This document shows positions 10,398 to 21,130 of a DNA stretch of 64,000 nt, piece by piece. How positions within the stretch are numbered: the stretch's first letter is position 1; the number at the start of each line of letters is the position of its first letter. The stretch is from Candidatus Poribacteria bacterium (GTDB lineage: Bacteria; Poribacteria; WGA-4E; UBA9662): contig JAYGDX010000413.1 of the NCBI GenBank assembly GCA_046582655.1, positions 64,001-128,000 on the forward strand, read 5' to 3'. The position numbers were made by a program, and so were the translations under genes. The notes under the pieces were generated by a model. That model did not search any database. It saw only the letters and a list, made by a program, of their open reading frames with translations, and was not told where the DNA came from.

Positions 10398-12047
10398 TTA
10401 CACCCTTCCGAATGATTCTATCATTTGTCTTGCCCGTCGTTTTAACAGAAAACGCATAACACCAATAATAGCAACCAAAGTTGGCACTAGTCCAATACAG
10501 ATTAATTTGATTAATAATCTGGTCGCACCACCTGGTTCTGTTTGAAAAGACCTATCACTTAACTTTTGAGAACGAATACCAATCAGCTGTCCACCCAACG
10601 CCAGATAATCGAGTGTGTTCTGAAAGAAAGCCATCCCAGCCGGACTAACCTGATTCAGAATTTGGGAGGTACCGACTACTACAATTTTCGTTGGTTCACT
10701 CTCAGATTTGGTCTCTCGACTAGAGTCATCAGATTCTTCATCAGCAATTGCATCATCTACAACAGGAGGAATATCCTTCCCATTGTAAAAACTTTTGAAT
10801 TCACCCGATAAGATTGCTGCTACTATGAACGAATTTCGGCTAGAACTTGGTGGACGGAACTGTTGTCCTCCGGGATTCAAGTCATATGGACTTTGGACAG
10901 TTGATGCGCCTTTGCTAGTCTGGGCTAATATATCGGCTTTCACTTGCTGATTATCAGCGGATATCCTTATCTTCAAACTGCTAGTCCATGGAAGCGTCAA
11001 ACTATCCAATTTCCCCGTGATAATGTGATCGGCAGCTAAACCTTCCGAGGTCTCTCCAGTCAAGAATTTGTACTCTTTAAGAACTTTTGGGAAATAGGGG
11101 TATGGACGCGTAACTGTCATAAACCCACCCTGGGAATAGGTTAAATTGTCGTGAGAAGCATAATCGGCAACCAGATTGTTTCCCAATTCTACACCGTGGT
11201 GTGAAAGTAAATCATTTAATCCGGTAGAAAGCGGATTTGCTTGAATTGTACCAGGTGGCATATTAATTGGGTCTATCAGAAATACCGCCTTTCCACCTCG
11301 CATAATAAACTGATCAATTTCATATTTTTCGCGTTCACCGATTATTGACTTGGGACCGGCAACTACCAGAGTCGAGATCTTTTCATCAATTGGTGCTCCA
11401 TCCTTAATTTCAACTTTTTGAATCTCATATTGTTTGGCTAATTCTTGGCGAAATTGAGCACTATTTTGAGCGTTAATATCAAACTCATCATGCCCGGAGA
11501 GAAAACCGATCGTTGATGTTTCTTTGCTAGTCAACTTAATAATTGTGGATGTCAAGTCATATTCCAAACTAGAAGTATTTTGTATGACAGGAATAACCTC
11601 TTTCTTATCTTCATAGAATATAGCAATTCCCATGTAAACATTTGCGACTTCGATTTTATCCTTTTCACGAACATTCACTTGAACTTCGGGAATCCCCATG
11701 AAGCGCAGTTTTTGTTTAAAGTCTTCATCATCACCTATGGGAAGAAAATCAATCTTTAGATTGCCGCTTCCATATGCATCATATTCATCCAGCATATCCT
11801 TGACTTCTTCACGGATTCGACTCACCTGCACTGGCGATTTGGAAAAATAGGCTTCAATTCGCACAACATCATCTAATTCTTTTAGTTTTGTCTTGGTTGA
11901 CTTAGATATGGTATACATCTTATTTTCTGTCAAATCGAGACGATTGAAAAACCGTTTTGACAAAAAATTGACGGCTAACACAATGCCGAGGATAACTAGT
12001 GCTAAGACAACCGTATTTGTTCCGTATACAAGTTTTTTAATAGCCAT
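10398..12047 (-). CDS. GldG-family ABC transporter auxiliary component
   Basis: RLDLTENKMYTIS..T, LEYDLTS.I, GFLSGHDE, DQFIMRGG; N- and C-terminal TM helices. Confidence 0.88.
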   Translation of the reverse strand: MAIKKLVYGTNTVVLALVILGIVLAVNFLSKRFFNRLDLTENKMYTISKSTKTKLKELDDVVRIEAYFSKSPVQVSRIREEVKDMLDEYDAYGSGNLKIDFLPIGDDEDFKQKLRFMGIPEVQVNVREKDKIEVANVYMGIAIFYEDKKEVIPVIQNTSSLEYDLTSTIIKLTSKETSTIGFLSGHDEFDINAQNSAQFRQELAKQYEIQKVEIKDGAPIDEKISTLVVAGPKSIIGEREKYEIDQFIMRGGKAVFLIDPINMPPGTIQANPLSTGLNDLLSHHGVELGNNLVADYASHDNLTYSQGGFMTVTRPYPYFPKVLKEYKFLTGETSEGLAADHIITGKLDSLTLPWTSSLKIRISADNQQVKADILAQTSKGASTVQSPYDLNPGGQQFRPPSSSRNSFIVAAILSGEFKSFYNGKDIPPVVDDAIADEESDDSSRETKSESEPTKIVVVGTSQILNQVSPAGMAFFQNTLDYLALGGQLIGIRSQKLSDRSFQTEPGGATRLLIKLICIGLVPTLVAIIGVMRFLLKRRARQMIESFGRV

Positions 12048-12050
12048 GAA

Positions 12051-12740
12051 TTATCTCCAACGTTTACTTTCAACTGATAAAATGCTTAAGTACAAGAAGA
12101 ATCCAATAACCGAGAAATAATAGATTAAGTCCCGTGTATCAACAACCCCTCTTGTAATACTGCTAAAATGTGATTCTAAACCGAAATCTCTGAAATATGG
12201 GACGAAACCAATTACCAACATGCCAAAACACATCAGGATTCCAGAGATAAAGGCAATAATCTGATCACTTGTGATAGTGGAAGCACAGAAACCAATTGAC
12301 AAATATGCGGCTCCCATTAGAAGTAGTCCCAGATAACTAGCAACGATCTGGCCACCATCCGGATCACCTAAAAAAGAAAGTGTGATTGGAATTGGAAATG
12401 ATAAAATGACCATAATGGCTATTAGTAAGAAACTGGAAAGAAACTTGCCAATTACAACTTCATAGCTTCTTATCGGCAAGGTCATCAGCATTTCAACTGT
12501 CCCCATTTTTTTCTCCTCCGCCCAGAGCCGCATTGTCATAGCAGGTACAAAGAAGAGGAAAATCCAGGGCATCAGCCGAAAAAAGTAGGTCATCTGAGCC
12601 TGACGTCTTTCGAAAAAGAAACCAAACCAGAAAAACAGCCCTGCCGAAACCGCAAGATAAGCGATGATATTAAAATAAGCAATGGGGGAGTTGAAGTAAC
12701 TGCTGGTTTCTTTTTTAAAGAGAGCTAATATGTTATTCAT
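12051..12740 (-). CDS. ABC-2 type permease (GldF-like)
   Basis: KE..SYFNSPIAY, PAMTMRLWAEEKK.GT.E.L.T.P, GVVDTRD. Confidence 0.9.
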   Translation of the reverse strand: MNNILALFKKETSSYFNSPIAYFNIIAYLAVSAGLFFWFGFFFERRQAQMTYFFRLMPWIFLFFVPAMTMRLWAEEKKMGTVEMLMTLPIRSYEVVIGKFLSSFLLIAIMVILSFPIPITLSFLGDPDGGQIVASYLGLLLMGAAYLSIGFCASTITSDQIIAFISGILMCFGMLVIGFVPYFRDFGLESHFSSITRGVVDTRDLIYYFSVIGFFLYLSILSVESKRWR

Positions 12741-13695
12741 TCTCTAGCTCTCCGCGTGTTTGCGACTCGCTCCGAGTCAATTTCAAGAATACATCTTCCA
12801 AATCAATTGTCGTCTTGTATAGTTCGGTCAGCTCCCAATTATTCTGATTGACAAACTGAGCCAGTTCTGTAGCAGTCCGATGATCCTTATGGGATGTCAC
12901 ATGGTAGCGAAAACATTCTGCTTCCGAATCGACTCGTTTAAAGTCCAAAACAAAATCGAGATGTTCCAGTTTTGCCTCAATCTCTTCATGAGGTCCGATG
13001 ATGCCTATCTGCATTATTTGCTGGTCCAGTCCACCGAGTGCCAGCTCTTGAGGTGAAGCGTTAGCTACAATTTTTCCGTTGCTGATGATAAGCGTGCGAT
13101 CACAAGTCGCTGCAACTTGCGAGAGAATGTGCGTGCTGAAAATAATGGTTTTCTGTCTGCCAATTTCTTTTATCAAGTTTCGAATCTCAATAATTTGGTA
13201 GGGATCAAGTCCGGCAGTTGGTTCGTCCAGTATCAGAACAGGCGGATCGTGAATCAGCGCTTGTGCCAAGCCCACTCTTTGACGATAACCTTTTGAAAGT
13301 TCACCGATATTCTTATGCATCATCTGTTCCAAACTGCATATATCGATTACTTCTTTGATCCTTTCGTTGCGTGTGTATCCGGCGATTCCTCGAATTTGAG
13401 CAATGAACTTGAGGTAATCGACCACCCCCATGTCAGTATAAAGCGGGGTATTTTCAGGAAGGTAACCGATTCGTTTTCTTGCTTCTATTGATTCTTCAAA
13501 GACATCGTAACCGTCAACTGTCACTGTTCCTTCATCCGCTGGCAGGTAGCAGGTAATAACGCGCATTGCTGTACTTTTTCCTGCACCATTTGGTCCAATG
13601 AATCCCACGATCTCTCCAGCTTGAGCAGAAAAGGAGACGTTATTTACTGCTATTGTTGCACCGTAACGTTTGGTGAGGTTCTTTACTTCAATCAT
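12733..13695 (-). CDS. ABC transporter ATP-binding protein (GldA-like)
   Basis: GPNGAGKST, LSKGYRQRVG, ILDEPT. Confidence 0.93.
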   Translation of the reverse strand: MIEVKNLTKRYGATIAVNNVSFSAQAGEIVGFIGPNGAGKSTAMRVITCYLPADEGTVTVDGYDVFEESIEARKRIGYLPENTPLYTDMGVVDYLKFIAQIRGIAGYTRNERIKEVIDICSLEQMMHKNIGELSKGYRQRVGLAQALIHDPPVLILDEPTAGLDPYQIIEIRNLIKEIGRQKTIIFSTHILSQVAATCDRTLIISNGKIVANASPQELALGGLDQQIMQIGIIGPHEEIEAKLEHLDFVLDFKRVDSEAECFRYHVTSHKDHRTATELAQFVNQNNWELTELYKTTIDLEDVFLKLTRSESQTRGELENE

Positions 13696-13836
13696 GAGCT
13701 TGTCACCTTAGCTGATTCTTTAAGTATTCTAAAAAATTAATGTACAGTTAGTATTCCATAAAAATAAGAGTGATAGCAAATCGAAAAAAGCAACGTCAAG
13801 TAAAAAACCATATTTATTTTGGCGATTTAAAAGCGC

Positions 13837-13865
13837 TTGAGTGATCCCTGATTTCATGCTAGAAT
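13837..13865 (+). promoter_or_regulatory. Putative sigma70 promoter with extended -10
   Basis: TTGAGT-N17-TAGAAT with TGn before -10, about 40 nt upstream of the ATG at 13908. Confidence 0.55.
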
Positions 13866-13907
13866 TTCTAAAATGTAAGATTATAGAATTCTGAGGAATC
13901 GGGACTG

Positions 13908-14720
13908 ATGAAATTATGTATTTGTAATGAAATGTTTGAGAATTGGAAAATTGAGGACGTATTCGAATGTGCAGCTAAGCTTGGTTATAAAGCAGTCGAA
14001 ATCGCTCCGTTTACGCTGGCAGATGATGTAAGGAATATTAGTGCCTCAGAGCGGGATCGGATCAAAAAATCAGCTGAAGACTCAAATGTCGAGATTGCCG
14101 GTTTGCACTGGCTTCTGGTATCACCAAAAGGCTTGTATGTCAATCATCCAGACAGTGAAATTCGCCAACGGACATTGGAATATTTCCACGCATTAATTGA
14201 TCTCTGTGCTGATCTAAACGGAAAAGTGATGGTGATTGGCTCGCCTCAGCAACGTTCTGTCCAAGAGAATTGGGACCCTCATCAAACTTGGGAATACGCT
14301 AGAGAGACTTTTTATCAAAGTGCCGTTTATGCTGAGGGCAAAGACGTAACTTTATGCATGGAACCTCTATCGGATAATCAGACGAACTTCATTAATACGC
14401 CTGCTGACGCGGTAAAACTAATCGAACAAGTTGATAAACCTAACTTCAGACTGATTCTCGATGTTTGTAGCACATCAAATCAGGGGCTGGATATGCCAAC
14501 AGAGATCCGTCAGTTTTCTAGTTATTTAACGCACTTCCATACCAATGATAATAACCTGTATCTTCCTGGATCCGGTGATGTTGATTACCCACCAATCATT
14601 GAAGCACTAAAAGAGGTCAAGTTTGATGGCTACCTTTCAACTGAGGTCTTTAACTTCGAGCCTGATCCAGAGACGATTGCCCGCCAGAGCATTGAGTTCC
14701 TAGAGCCATTGGTTGGCTAA
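13908..14720 (+). CDS. Sugar phosphate isomerase/epimerase (D-psicose/D-tagatose 3-epimerase-like TIM barrel)
   Basis: MEPL, LILDV, HFHTND, PGSG, LSTEVF metal-ligand pattern of the AP_endonuc_2 family. Confidence 0.85.
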   Translation: MKLCICNEMFENWKIEDVFECAAKLGYKAVEIAPFTLADDVRNISASERDRIKKSAEDSNVEIAGLHWLLVSPKGLYVNHPDSEIRQRTLEYFHALIDLCADLNGKVMVIGSPQQRSVQENWDPHQTWEYARETFYQSAVYAEGKDVTLCMEPLSDNQTNFINTPADAVKLIEQVDKPNFRLILDVCSTSNQGLDMPTEIRQFSSYLTHFHTNDNNLYLPGSGDVDYPPIIEALKEVKFDGYLSTEVFNFEPDPETIARQSIEFLEPLVG

Positions 14721-15076
14721 CACTATCATGTGCATTCCCTCTTCTCCGGATGATTCCTGCATCCTACCTATTACCGGTTGGCTATGCTAATGTCATCAAG
14801 CAGGGGGGGAGTGGAAATTATGCGTTTCAATGCAGGTACTAGATCAATATAACACTAACTATCATCGATGGTGATCTTAAAACCGATGTGCCACTGCTTT
14901 ATAAAAATTGATCCACGTCAGATCTAGATTTAACCATTTGCTGCAATTGAAATTATCCTTTCCAAAACGAAAGGTCATCAATCAGATCAAGAAAACCCAA
15001 AAATTGAGTCAGGTCGAACCGAAACTTCCACGTATTCGGGAGGTCGAGACTTATAATTATCAACAGGAAAAAACCA

Positions 15077-16486
15077 ATGGAACTTTTTGAAGCGGTCAGT
15101 CCGCTCGATTTTAGGTATTATGGTGCAAATCCAGCGTTTATGGAAAAACTTTTGCCGTATGTTTCAGAATCTGCCTACGTCAAATATCAAGCGAAGGTCG
15201 AGGCAGCGCTTGTACGTACATTGGCAAACAACGGCGTTTGTTCACACGAAATAGCTGACCAAGTTGAAAAAGCTATTGACCAAGTAACGGCCGAAGAGGT
15301 TTACGAAGAGCAATCGCGAATCCGTCACAATATTCGGTCGCTGGTCAACGTTATACGACGAAAGATCTCACCTGAAGCTCGTCCATATGTTCATCTATTT
15401 GCCACATCCGCTGATATTCTGGATACAGCCACAGCGATGCGTTTCAAAGAGTTAACCCAAAAGGTTATTTTACCTGATCTGATTAATTTAGAACAGCAGT
15501 TAATTGTACTCGCGTGTGAACACGCTGAAACGGTACAGATTGGGCGTACTCATGGGCAACACGCTGAACCCATCACCTTTGGATATGCTATAGCACTTTA
15601 CGTTAGCCGAATTGGGAACCGGATTGAGTTAATTGATCGAATGAACCGGAATTTACGTGGCCAATTCTCAGGGGCGGTTGGTGCCTTTAACGGATTATCC
15701 ATGATTAGCGACAGTCCGGAACAGATTGAATCCGATTTGCTAGATCAACTCGGATTAAAACCATCTGACACCCATACCTCGACACAATGTGTGGAACCTG
15801 AGTTTATCAGTGATTTAGCTTATGCAGTCACCTCAACTTACACTGTTCTGGCTAATTTTTCTGATGATATGCGGCATCTGTTCCGGACAGAGATTGCTGA
15901 AGTTAGCAAAAAATACGACCCAAAATTGGTTGGATCTTCGACCATGCCGCATAAAATTAATCCTGAAGCTTTCGAGAATGTTAAGAGTTTATGGAAAGCC
16001 TTTGTTCCCCGCATGCAAACAGTATTTATGGACAGTATTCTTGAACACCAACGAGATCTGACAAACTCGGCATCAAGCCGTTTTCTCACCGAGTTGTTTG
16101 TCGCCTTTGATTATTCAATCTATCGTTTAAGTCGCGTATTGGGTGAGATGGATGTAAAAACCGATCAGATGCGAAAGAATCTTGAACTGAGCGCGGGCAA
16201 TACAGTAGCAGAACCAATCTATCTTCTTTTGGCCTATTATGGTTTTCCCGACGCCTATGATCACACCAGAAAATTAGTGGCTCAAGTCCATGAGACGGGA
16301 CAAACTTTGACAGAATTGCTGTGGCACGACCCAGATCTACGCCCATTTCTCGAGCATTTGACTGATAAACAACGTGATGCGCTACGTGATCCGTCAGCAT
16401 ACATTGGAACATCGGTTAGTCGAACGCATGCCACGTGTACCGAATGGGGTTCAAGAATAGAAAGGATCTTGACAAATCAAACTTGA
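15077..16486 (+). CDS. purB: Adenylosuccinate lyase
   Basis: SPLDFRY, ATSADI.DTA, GRTHGQHAEP.T.G, GSSTMPHKINP. Confidence 0.9.
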   Translation: MELFEAVSPLDFRYYGANPAFMEKLLPYVSESAYVKYQAKVEAALVRTLANNGVCSHEIADQVEKAIDQVTAEEVYEEQSRIRHNIRSLVNVIRRKISPEARPYVHLFATSADILDTATAMRFKELTQKVILPDLINLEQQLIVLACEHAETVQIGRTHGQHAEPITFGYAIALYVSRIGNRIELIDRMNRNLRGQFSGAVGAFNGLSMISDSPEQIESDLLDQLGLKPSDTHTSTQCVEPEFISDLAYAVTSTYTVLANFSDDMRHLFRTEIAEVSKKYDPKLVGSSTMPHKINPEAFENVKSLWKAFVPRMQTVFMDSILEHQRDLTNSASSRFLTELFVAFDYSIYRLSRVLGEMDVKTDQMRKNLELSAGNTVAEPIYLLLAYYGFPDAYDHTRKLVAQVHETGQTLTELLWHDPDLRPFLEHLTDKQRDALRDPSAYIGTSVSRTHATCTEWGSRIERILTNQT

Positions 16487-18744
16487 TCAACCGACGAGGA
16501 AGGAAGGAAGTTTGATCCACTGTTCATGTACAGGTCACCTATCAAGAGTTCTTCATAATCTAGCTTGATTTCTAAATTCGCATCTGCGATCGCCAGCCGG
16601 TTTGCTAGATTCGTGTTTCTTTGCACGACTTTATTGTTGCGAATGGCTAATGCCATGGCTCGTTTGGTACCAACAATCACCACCAAATTTTTGGCTCGAG
16701 TAATGCCAGTATAAACTAAATTTCGCTGCAACATCATGTAGTGTTGGGTCATCAAAGGAATTACCACGGCAGTGTATTCGCTACCTTGTGACTTGTGAAT
16801 AGTTGTGGCATAAGATAAAACCAGTTCACTTAGATCTAGCATATCGTAATTAACAGTTTTTTCGGGAAAAGTAACCTCCACAATCTTGTCGATTCGGCTA
16901 AAATTGGTGATTCGACCGATATCACCGTTAAATACATCAAGATCATAATTATTGCGAATCTGCATAACCTTGTCATTGATTCGGAATCCACTTCGGTTGC
17001 CAATCTGATTGGAAGCATCGCCGTTTAAAACATCCTGCAAAAGCGTATTCAGGTTTTCAGAACCGACAGTTGATTTCCGCATTGGACAAAGTACCTGAAT
17101 GTCATCCATCGGATGGTAATTATAGTGTGTAGGCAACCGGTCTTTAACCAACCCACATATTTTTTCGGTCGCCAAGTCTGGATCTTCTTCCTCGATAAAG
17201 AAGAAATTCCGATCGTCCAAGCCACTGAGTTGAGGAAATTTACCAGAATTAATTCGGTGAGCATTAATGATAATCATGCTTTCTTGCGCTTGACGAAATA
17301 TTTCAGTTAGCTCAACCACTTCGATCCTGCCGCAACTGATCAGATCCTTCAGCACGTTGCCAGCACCAACGGATGGTAATTGATCTACATCCCCAATCAG
17401 GATTAAGACTGCATCCGGTGGGATAGCCTTAATCAGACTGTTCATCAAGACCAGATCAACCATTGACATCTCGTCAACAATTACCACATCTGCTTCAAGG
17501 GGATTTTCACGATTTCGCTTGAATCCCATCCCCTGTGGGGAAAATTCCAGCAACCGATGAATTGTTTTGGCCTCACGTTGCGTCATTTCACTCAGCCGCT
17601 TGGCAGCGCGACCAGTTGGTGCGGCAAGGACAATTTTCTGATTTAGCATTTCAAAAAGACAGATCATTCCAATCGTTGTCGTCGTTTTCCCAGTTCCTGG
17701 CCCACCAGTGAGTATCATCGCTTTTGCGTTTGCCGCAGTATGTATTGCCTGCTGCTGTCCCACAGCAAGATGGATAGACAACTTTGACTCGATTTGGCTA
17801 ATAGCTTGATTGATAAATTGACCTGTTAAGGACGATCGATTCACGGACAGGATCTCATTAAGTGTGTTGTTGATTCCGACTTCGCAATAGTAAAACGGAG
17901 CCAGATAAATTGCCTCATCGTCGCCGATCTTTTCAATGATTACCTCTTCCTCACCAATTAAACTGGCAATGCCAAGATCAATATCATCCGGTGAGAGTTC
18001 CAATATTTCTTGGCAAACTCCGATTAGCTCTTGGCGGTACAGGAAAACATGTCCGGAACTGTCCGCTTTTTGACTGAGAACATATTTTAGCCCTGCTTTG
18101 ACGCGGTTAGGTGCATTCTTTTCAACACCCAGCTTTTGAGCGATTGTATCTGCAGTTTTGAATCCGATACCATAAATATCATTGGCCAGTCGATATGGAT
18201 TCTCCCTAACAAGCATGATTGAGTCATTTCGGTAAGTTTTGTAGATTTTGGTAGCGTGCGAGGTACTGACATTATGGGCTTGAAGAAAAATCATCACATT
18301 TTTGATTTCACGCTGCGCTTCCCACGCTTCTTTAACCATGGAAACACGTGCCGAACCGATACCCTCGACTTTGTTCAATTGATCTGGACTTTTTTCAATT
18401 ACATCCAGCGTCTCCAACCCAAACTTATCGACAATTCGGTTAGCCATAACCGGACCAATACCTCTGATCATTCCAGAACCAAGGTATTTGCGTAATCCTA
18501 CAATCGTTGCTGGCAGTACAGTTTCATACTTCTCAATCTTAAACTGCTGTCCATAAGTCGGATTGTCTACCCAAAAGCCTTGAAGCAGGACACTCTCGCC
18601 CGCGTTTACAGAAGCAATATTTCCAACAATTGTAACAAGCTCGTCGTGAGTTGGGGAGTTAAGTCGGGCGATAGTAAAACCGTTCTCCTCATTTTCGAAA
18701 ACGATTCGTTCAATTATGCCCTTGAGTATATCCATACCTACCAT
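16477..18744 (-). CDS. recD2: ATP-dependent RecD-like DNA helicase
   Basis: N-terminal HhH region (GIGP..A.RIV), TGGPGTGKTT, VDEMSM, GDVDQLPSVGAG, TIHKSQGSEY. Confidence 0.95.
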   Translation of the reverse strand: MVGMDILKGIIERIVFENEENGFTIARLNSPTHDELVTIVGNIASVNAGESVLLQGFWVDNPTYGQQFKIEKYETVLPATIVGLRKYLGSGMIRGIGPVMANRIVDKFGLETLDVIEKSPDQLNKVEGIGSARVSMVKEAWEAQREIKNVMIFLQAHNVSTSHATKIYKTYRNDSIMLVRENPYRLANDIYGIGFKTADTIAQKLGVEKNAPNRVKAGLKYVLSQKADSSGHVFLYRQELIGVCQEILELSPDDIDLGIASLIGEEEVIIEKIGDDEAIYLAPFYYCEVGINNTLNEILSVNRSSLTGQFINQAISQIESKLSIHLAVGQQQAIHTAANAKAMILTGGPGTGKTTTTIGMICLFEMLNQKIVLAAPTGRAAKRLSEMTQREAKTIHRLLEFSPQGMGFKRNRENPLEADVVIVDEMSMVDLVLMNSLIKAIPPDAVLILIGDVDQLPSVGAGNVLKDLISCGRIEVVELTEIFRQAQESMIIINAHRINSGKFPQLSGLDDRNFFFIEEEDPDLATEKICGLVKDRLPTHYNYHPMDDIQVLCPMRKSTVGSENLNTLLQDVLNGDASNQIGNRSGFRINDKVMQIRNNYDLDVFNGDIGRITNFSRIDKIVEVTFPEKTVNYDMLDLSELVLSYATTIHKSQGSEYTAVVIPLMTQHYMMLQRNLVYTGITRAKNLVVIVGTKRAMALAIRNNKVVQRNTNLANRLAIADANLEIKLDYEELLIGDLYMNSGSNFLPSSSVDQV

Positions 18745-18753
18745 ATATAAGTC

Positions 18754-20001
18754 TTAAATAGACTCCATCAGTTGAGTAAAAGACTTAAGTCGTGGATCAA
18801 TAATGTGAGGTTCACTAAGATGGCCGTTGAATGCTTCGATAGTCTTCATACCATTTCCGGTAATCAGAACAACTATACTTTCATCACGGTTAATTTTCCC
18901 TGCTTCAATTAGCTTCTTGGTTGCAGCAAGTGCCACCCCACCAGCGGTCTCAGTAAAAATCCCTTCTGTGCTGGCGAGCAGTTTCATAGCCCCAATAATT
19001 TCGTCATCGGTCGCTGATTCACCATAACCACCTGATTCCCTGACGGTTTCAATTGCGTAAATACCATCGGCTGGATTTCCAATTGCGAGTGATTTAGCGA
19101 TAGTATCAGGTTTCACTGGTTTAAAGAACGCACTACCTTCTTTCAGAGCGTTTACAATTGGAGCACATCCCTCAGCCTGAGCGACATGAATTCTTGTGTG
19201 GGCCCCATCCTCAATCAACTCCATCATCTCAAATTCGTGGCGTGCCTTAGCCATTTTGGTAACCAACGATCCACCGGCTGCTGGGGCGATAATATGATCC
19301 GGCGCTTTCCAGCCAAGTTGCTCAACCACCTCGAAGTAAAGTGTCTTAGACCCTTCAGCGTAAAATGGCCGTATATTAATATTTGCAAATGCCCAGCTAT
19401 AGACATCACCGATCTCACTACACAATCGGTTGACCTGATCATAATTACCATTAATACCAACAACGACGGGATCATATACGCTTGTACCGACAACTTTGCC
19501 AGTTTCCAAATCAGCGGGTATAAAAATAAAACAATCTAACTTAGCAATGGCGGCATGAGCTGAAACTGAATTCGCTAAGTTCCCAGTCGACGCACATGAT
19601 ATGGTGTCAAATCCAAATTCAACTGCTTTACTTGTAGCAATGGAAACAACACGATCCTTAAATGATAGTGTCGGCCGACACACAGTATCATCCTTGATAT
19701 AAATTTCTTTTGCGCCGAGTGCTTCTGCCAAATTCTTGGCCCGAATAAGCGGTGTGAAGCCAGTGTTTAGACCAGTTACTGGTTCACCGTCGAGTGGTAG
19801 AAGATCCGCATATCGCCACATACTGAGTGGACCATTCTCGATAGATTTCCGAGATATCGATTTTTTAATTTCCTCGTAGTTATAATCGACCTCAAGTGGA
19901 GCGAAAGACATCTCGCAAACGTGAATCGGTTTTTTCTCATACTTTCTGCCGGTCTCTCGACACTTGAGACCTAGAATTTTTCCCACATTGCTTCTCCGCA
20001 A
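18754..20001 (-). CDS. thrC: Threonine synthase (true start may be GTG at 19986)
   Basis: PTLSFKDR PLP lysine, CASTGNLANSV, NGNYD.VN, TGNGMK. Confidence 0.92.
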   Translation of the reverse strand: MRRSNVGKILGLKCRETGRKYEKKPIHVCEMSFAPLEVDYNYEEIKKSISRKSIENGPLSMWRYADLLPLDGEPVTGLNTGFTPLIRAKNLAEALGAKEIYIKDDTVCRPTLSFKDRVVSIATSKAVEFGFDTISCASTGNLANSVSAHAAIAKLDCFIFIPADLETGKVVGTSVYDPVVVGINGNYDQVNRLCSEIGDVYSWAFANINIRPFYAEGSKTLYFEVVEQLGWKAPDHIIAPAAGGSLVTKMAKARHEFEMMELIEDGAHTRIHVAQAEGCAPIVNALKEGSAFFKPVKPDTIAKSLAIGNPADGIYAIETVRESGGYGESATDDEIIGAMKLLASTEGIFTETAGGVALAATKKLIEAGKINRDESIVVLITGNGMKTIEAFNGHLSEPHIIDPRLKSFTQLMESI

Positions 20002-20139
20002 TCTTAATTAAATTAGTTTGGCTATACCGTAAAATATACTCGATTTATGGCACATTGTCATCTAGAAATGTCTGGACATCATTTACAAGTCTCAAGTATC
20101 CTTAGATGCGAAAGACATGTAAGCTGGAGGTAACTGCAG

Positions 20140-21120
20140 ATGAGCTTAAAGAGATCATTCGGTGCTCTTGGAACCTCTTTCTTTCTGCACATGGTATTAG
20201 TTGTTATTTTAGCACTCTACATTTTACAACAAACAATTAGTAATCAACAAAATATAATCTATTCCGAGATTTTGGTGGCCGAACCGATGAAGGTCAAGCG
20301 GGTGGCACCACGAAAACGAAGAGAACTTCAGAAACGAAATATTTCCAAGGTGATTACGAACCAACCAAATTTGAAGATTCTAACCAGTAATGCACCACCT
20401 ACTGATCGCGGTGTTGTATCTGCTTCAAAACCAACAGAATTCAGTCTTGATGGACCTATCAACTTGAACGCAGACACAGAGGATTTGGGAACAGCTATCT
20501 CAGTCCCGCAAAAATCCGCGAGCCTAGGGAAAATGATTGGAAGAACAACAGGGTCAAATCGAAAAGAAAGGGAACGCGAGAAGAGCAGGTTGGTAAAATT
20601 CATCGAGAGCCAACCGGGCGCACAACAAATTTTCTATTCCCTCGACCTTTCGTCAAGTATGCGGAACCTAAGTCCATTAAAGCTCAGGAAAATCGTTACA
20701 ATAATCCAAGATTCGCTCGATTTCCTTGAGAGTCATGATCAGTTTAATATTGTAACTTTTAGTGGTGAAATCAGCTTCTATCAGCCGGAATCGATTGCCC
20801 CAACTATTGGCCATATCAAACGAGCAAAAGAGTATTTGAACAATATTAAACCGGAAAAGAGTTCGCGTGCTTCTGATCATGACATGCTGTCTACACTCAA
20901 TTCCATAAAACCGAAGAGCCCAACAATCGTGGTGCTTTTCAGCGACGGCATCCTCACCTCTGCCGGAATCCCGCACCCAGAGGAGATGCAAGAATATATC
21001 CCCCCCACGACAAAGGTATTTGTAATTGCAACCGGTATGTCACCTGATTTCCCGGGCGCTATCCTACTTAAAATGCTGTCGAATCAAAGCAGCGGAGAAT
21101 TCTGGCTAGTTGACAATTGA
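20140..21120 (+). CDS. Membrane-anchored VWA-domain protein
   Basis: N-terminal TM (S..LH), low-complexity linker, DLSSSM MIDAS motif, LFSDG. Confidence 0.75.
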   Translation: MSLKRSFGALGTSFFLHMVLVVILALYILQQTISNQQNIIYSEILVAEPMKVKRVAPRKRRELQKRNISKVITNQPNLKILTSNAPPTDRGVVSASKPTEFSLDGPINLNADTEDLGTAISVPQKSASLGKMIGRTTGSNRKEREREKSRLVKFIESQPGAQQIFYSLDLSSSMRNLSPLKLRKIVTIIQDSLDFLESHDQFNIVTFSGEISFYQPESIAPTIGHIKRAKEYLNNIKPEKSSRASDHDMLSTLNSIKPKSPTIVVLFSDGILTSAGIPHPEEMQEYIPPTTKVFVIATGMSPDFPGAILLKMLSNQSSGEFWLVDN

Positions 21121-21130
21121 AGATGGCAGA

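Noticed and set aside
9393..13695. Gliding motility locus
   Set aside because: GldA/F/G-like ABC sets with DUF4340 occur widely in non-gliding bacteria; no GldK-N or SprB genes in the window
16477..16486. Convergent 3' overlaps (purB/recD2, and VWA/dehydrogenase at 27161-27186)
   Set aside because: Short tail-to-tail overlaps are common in compact genomes; no further signal
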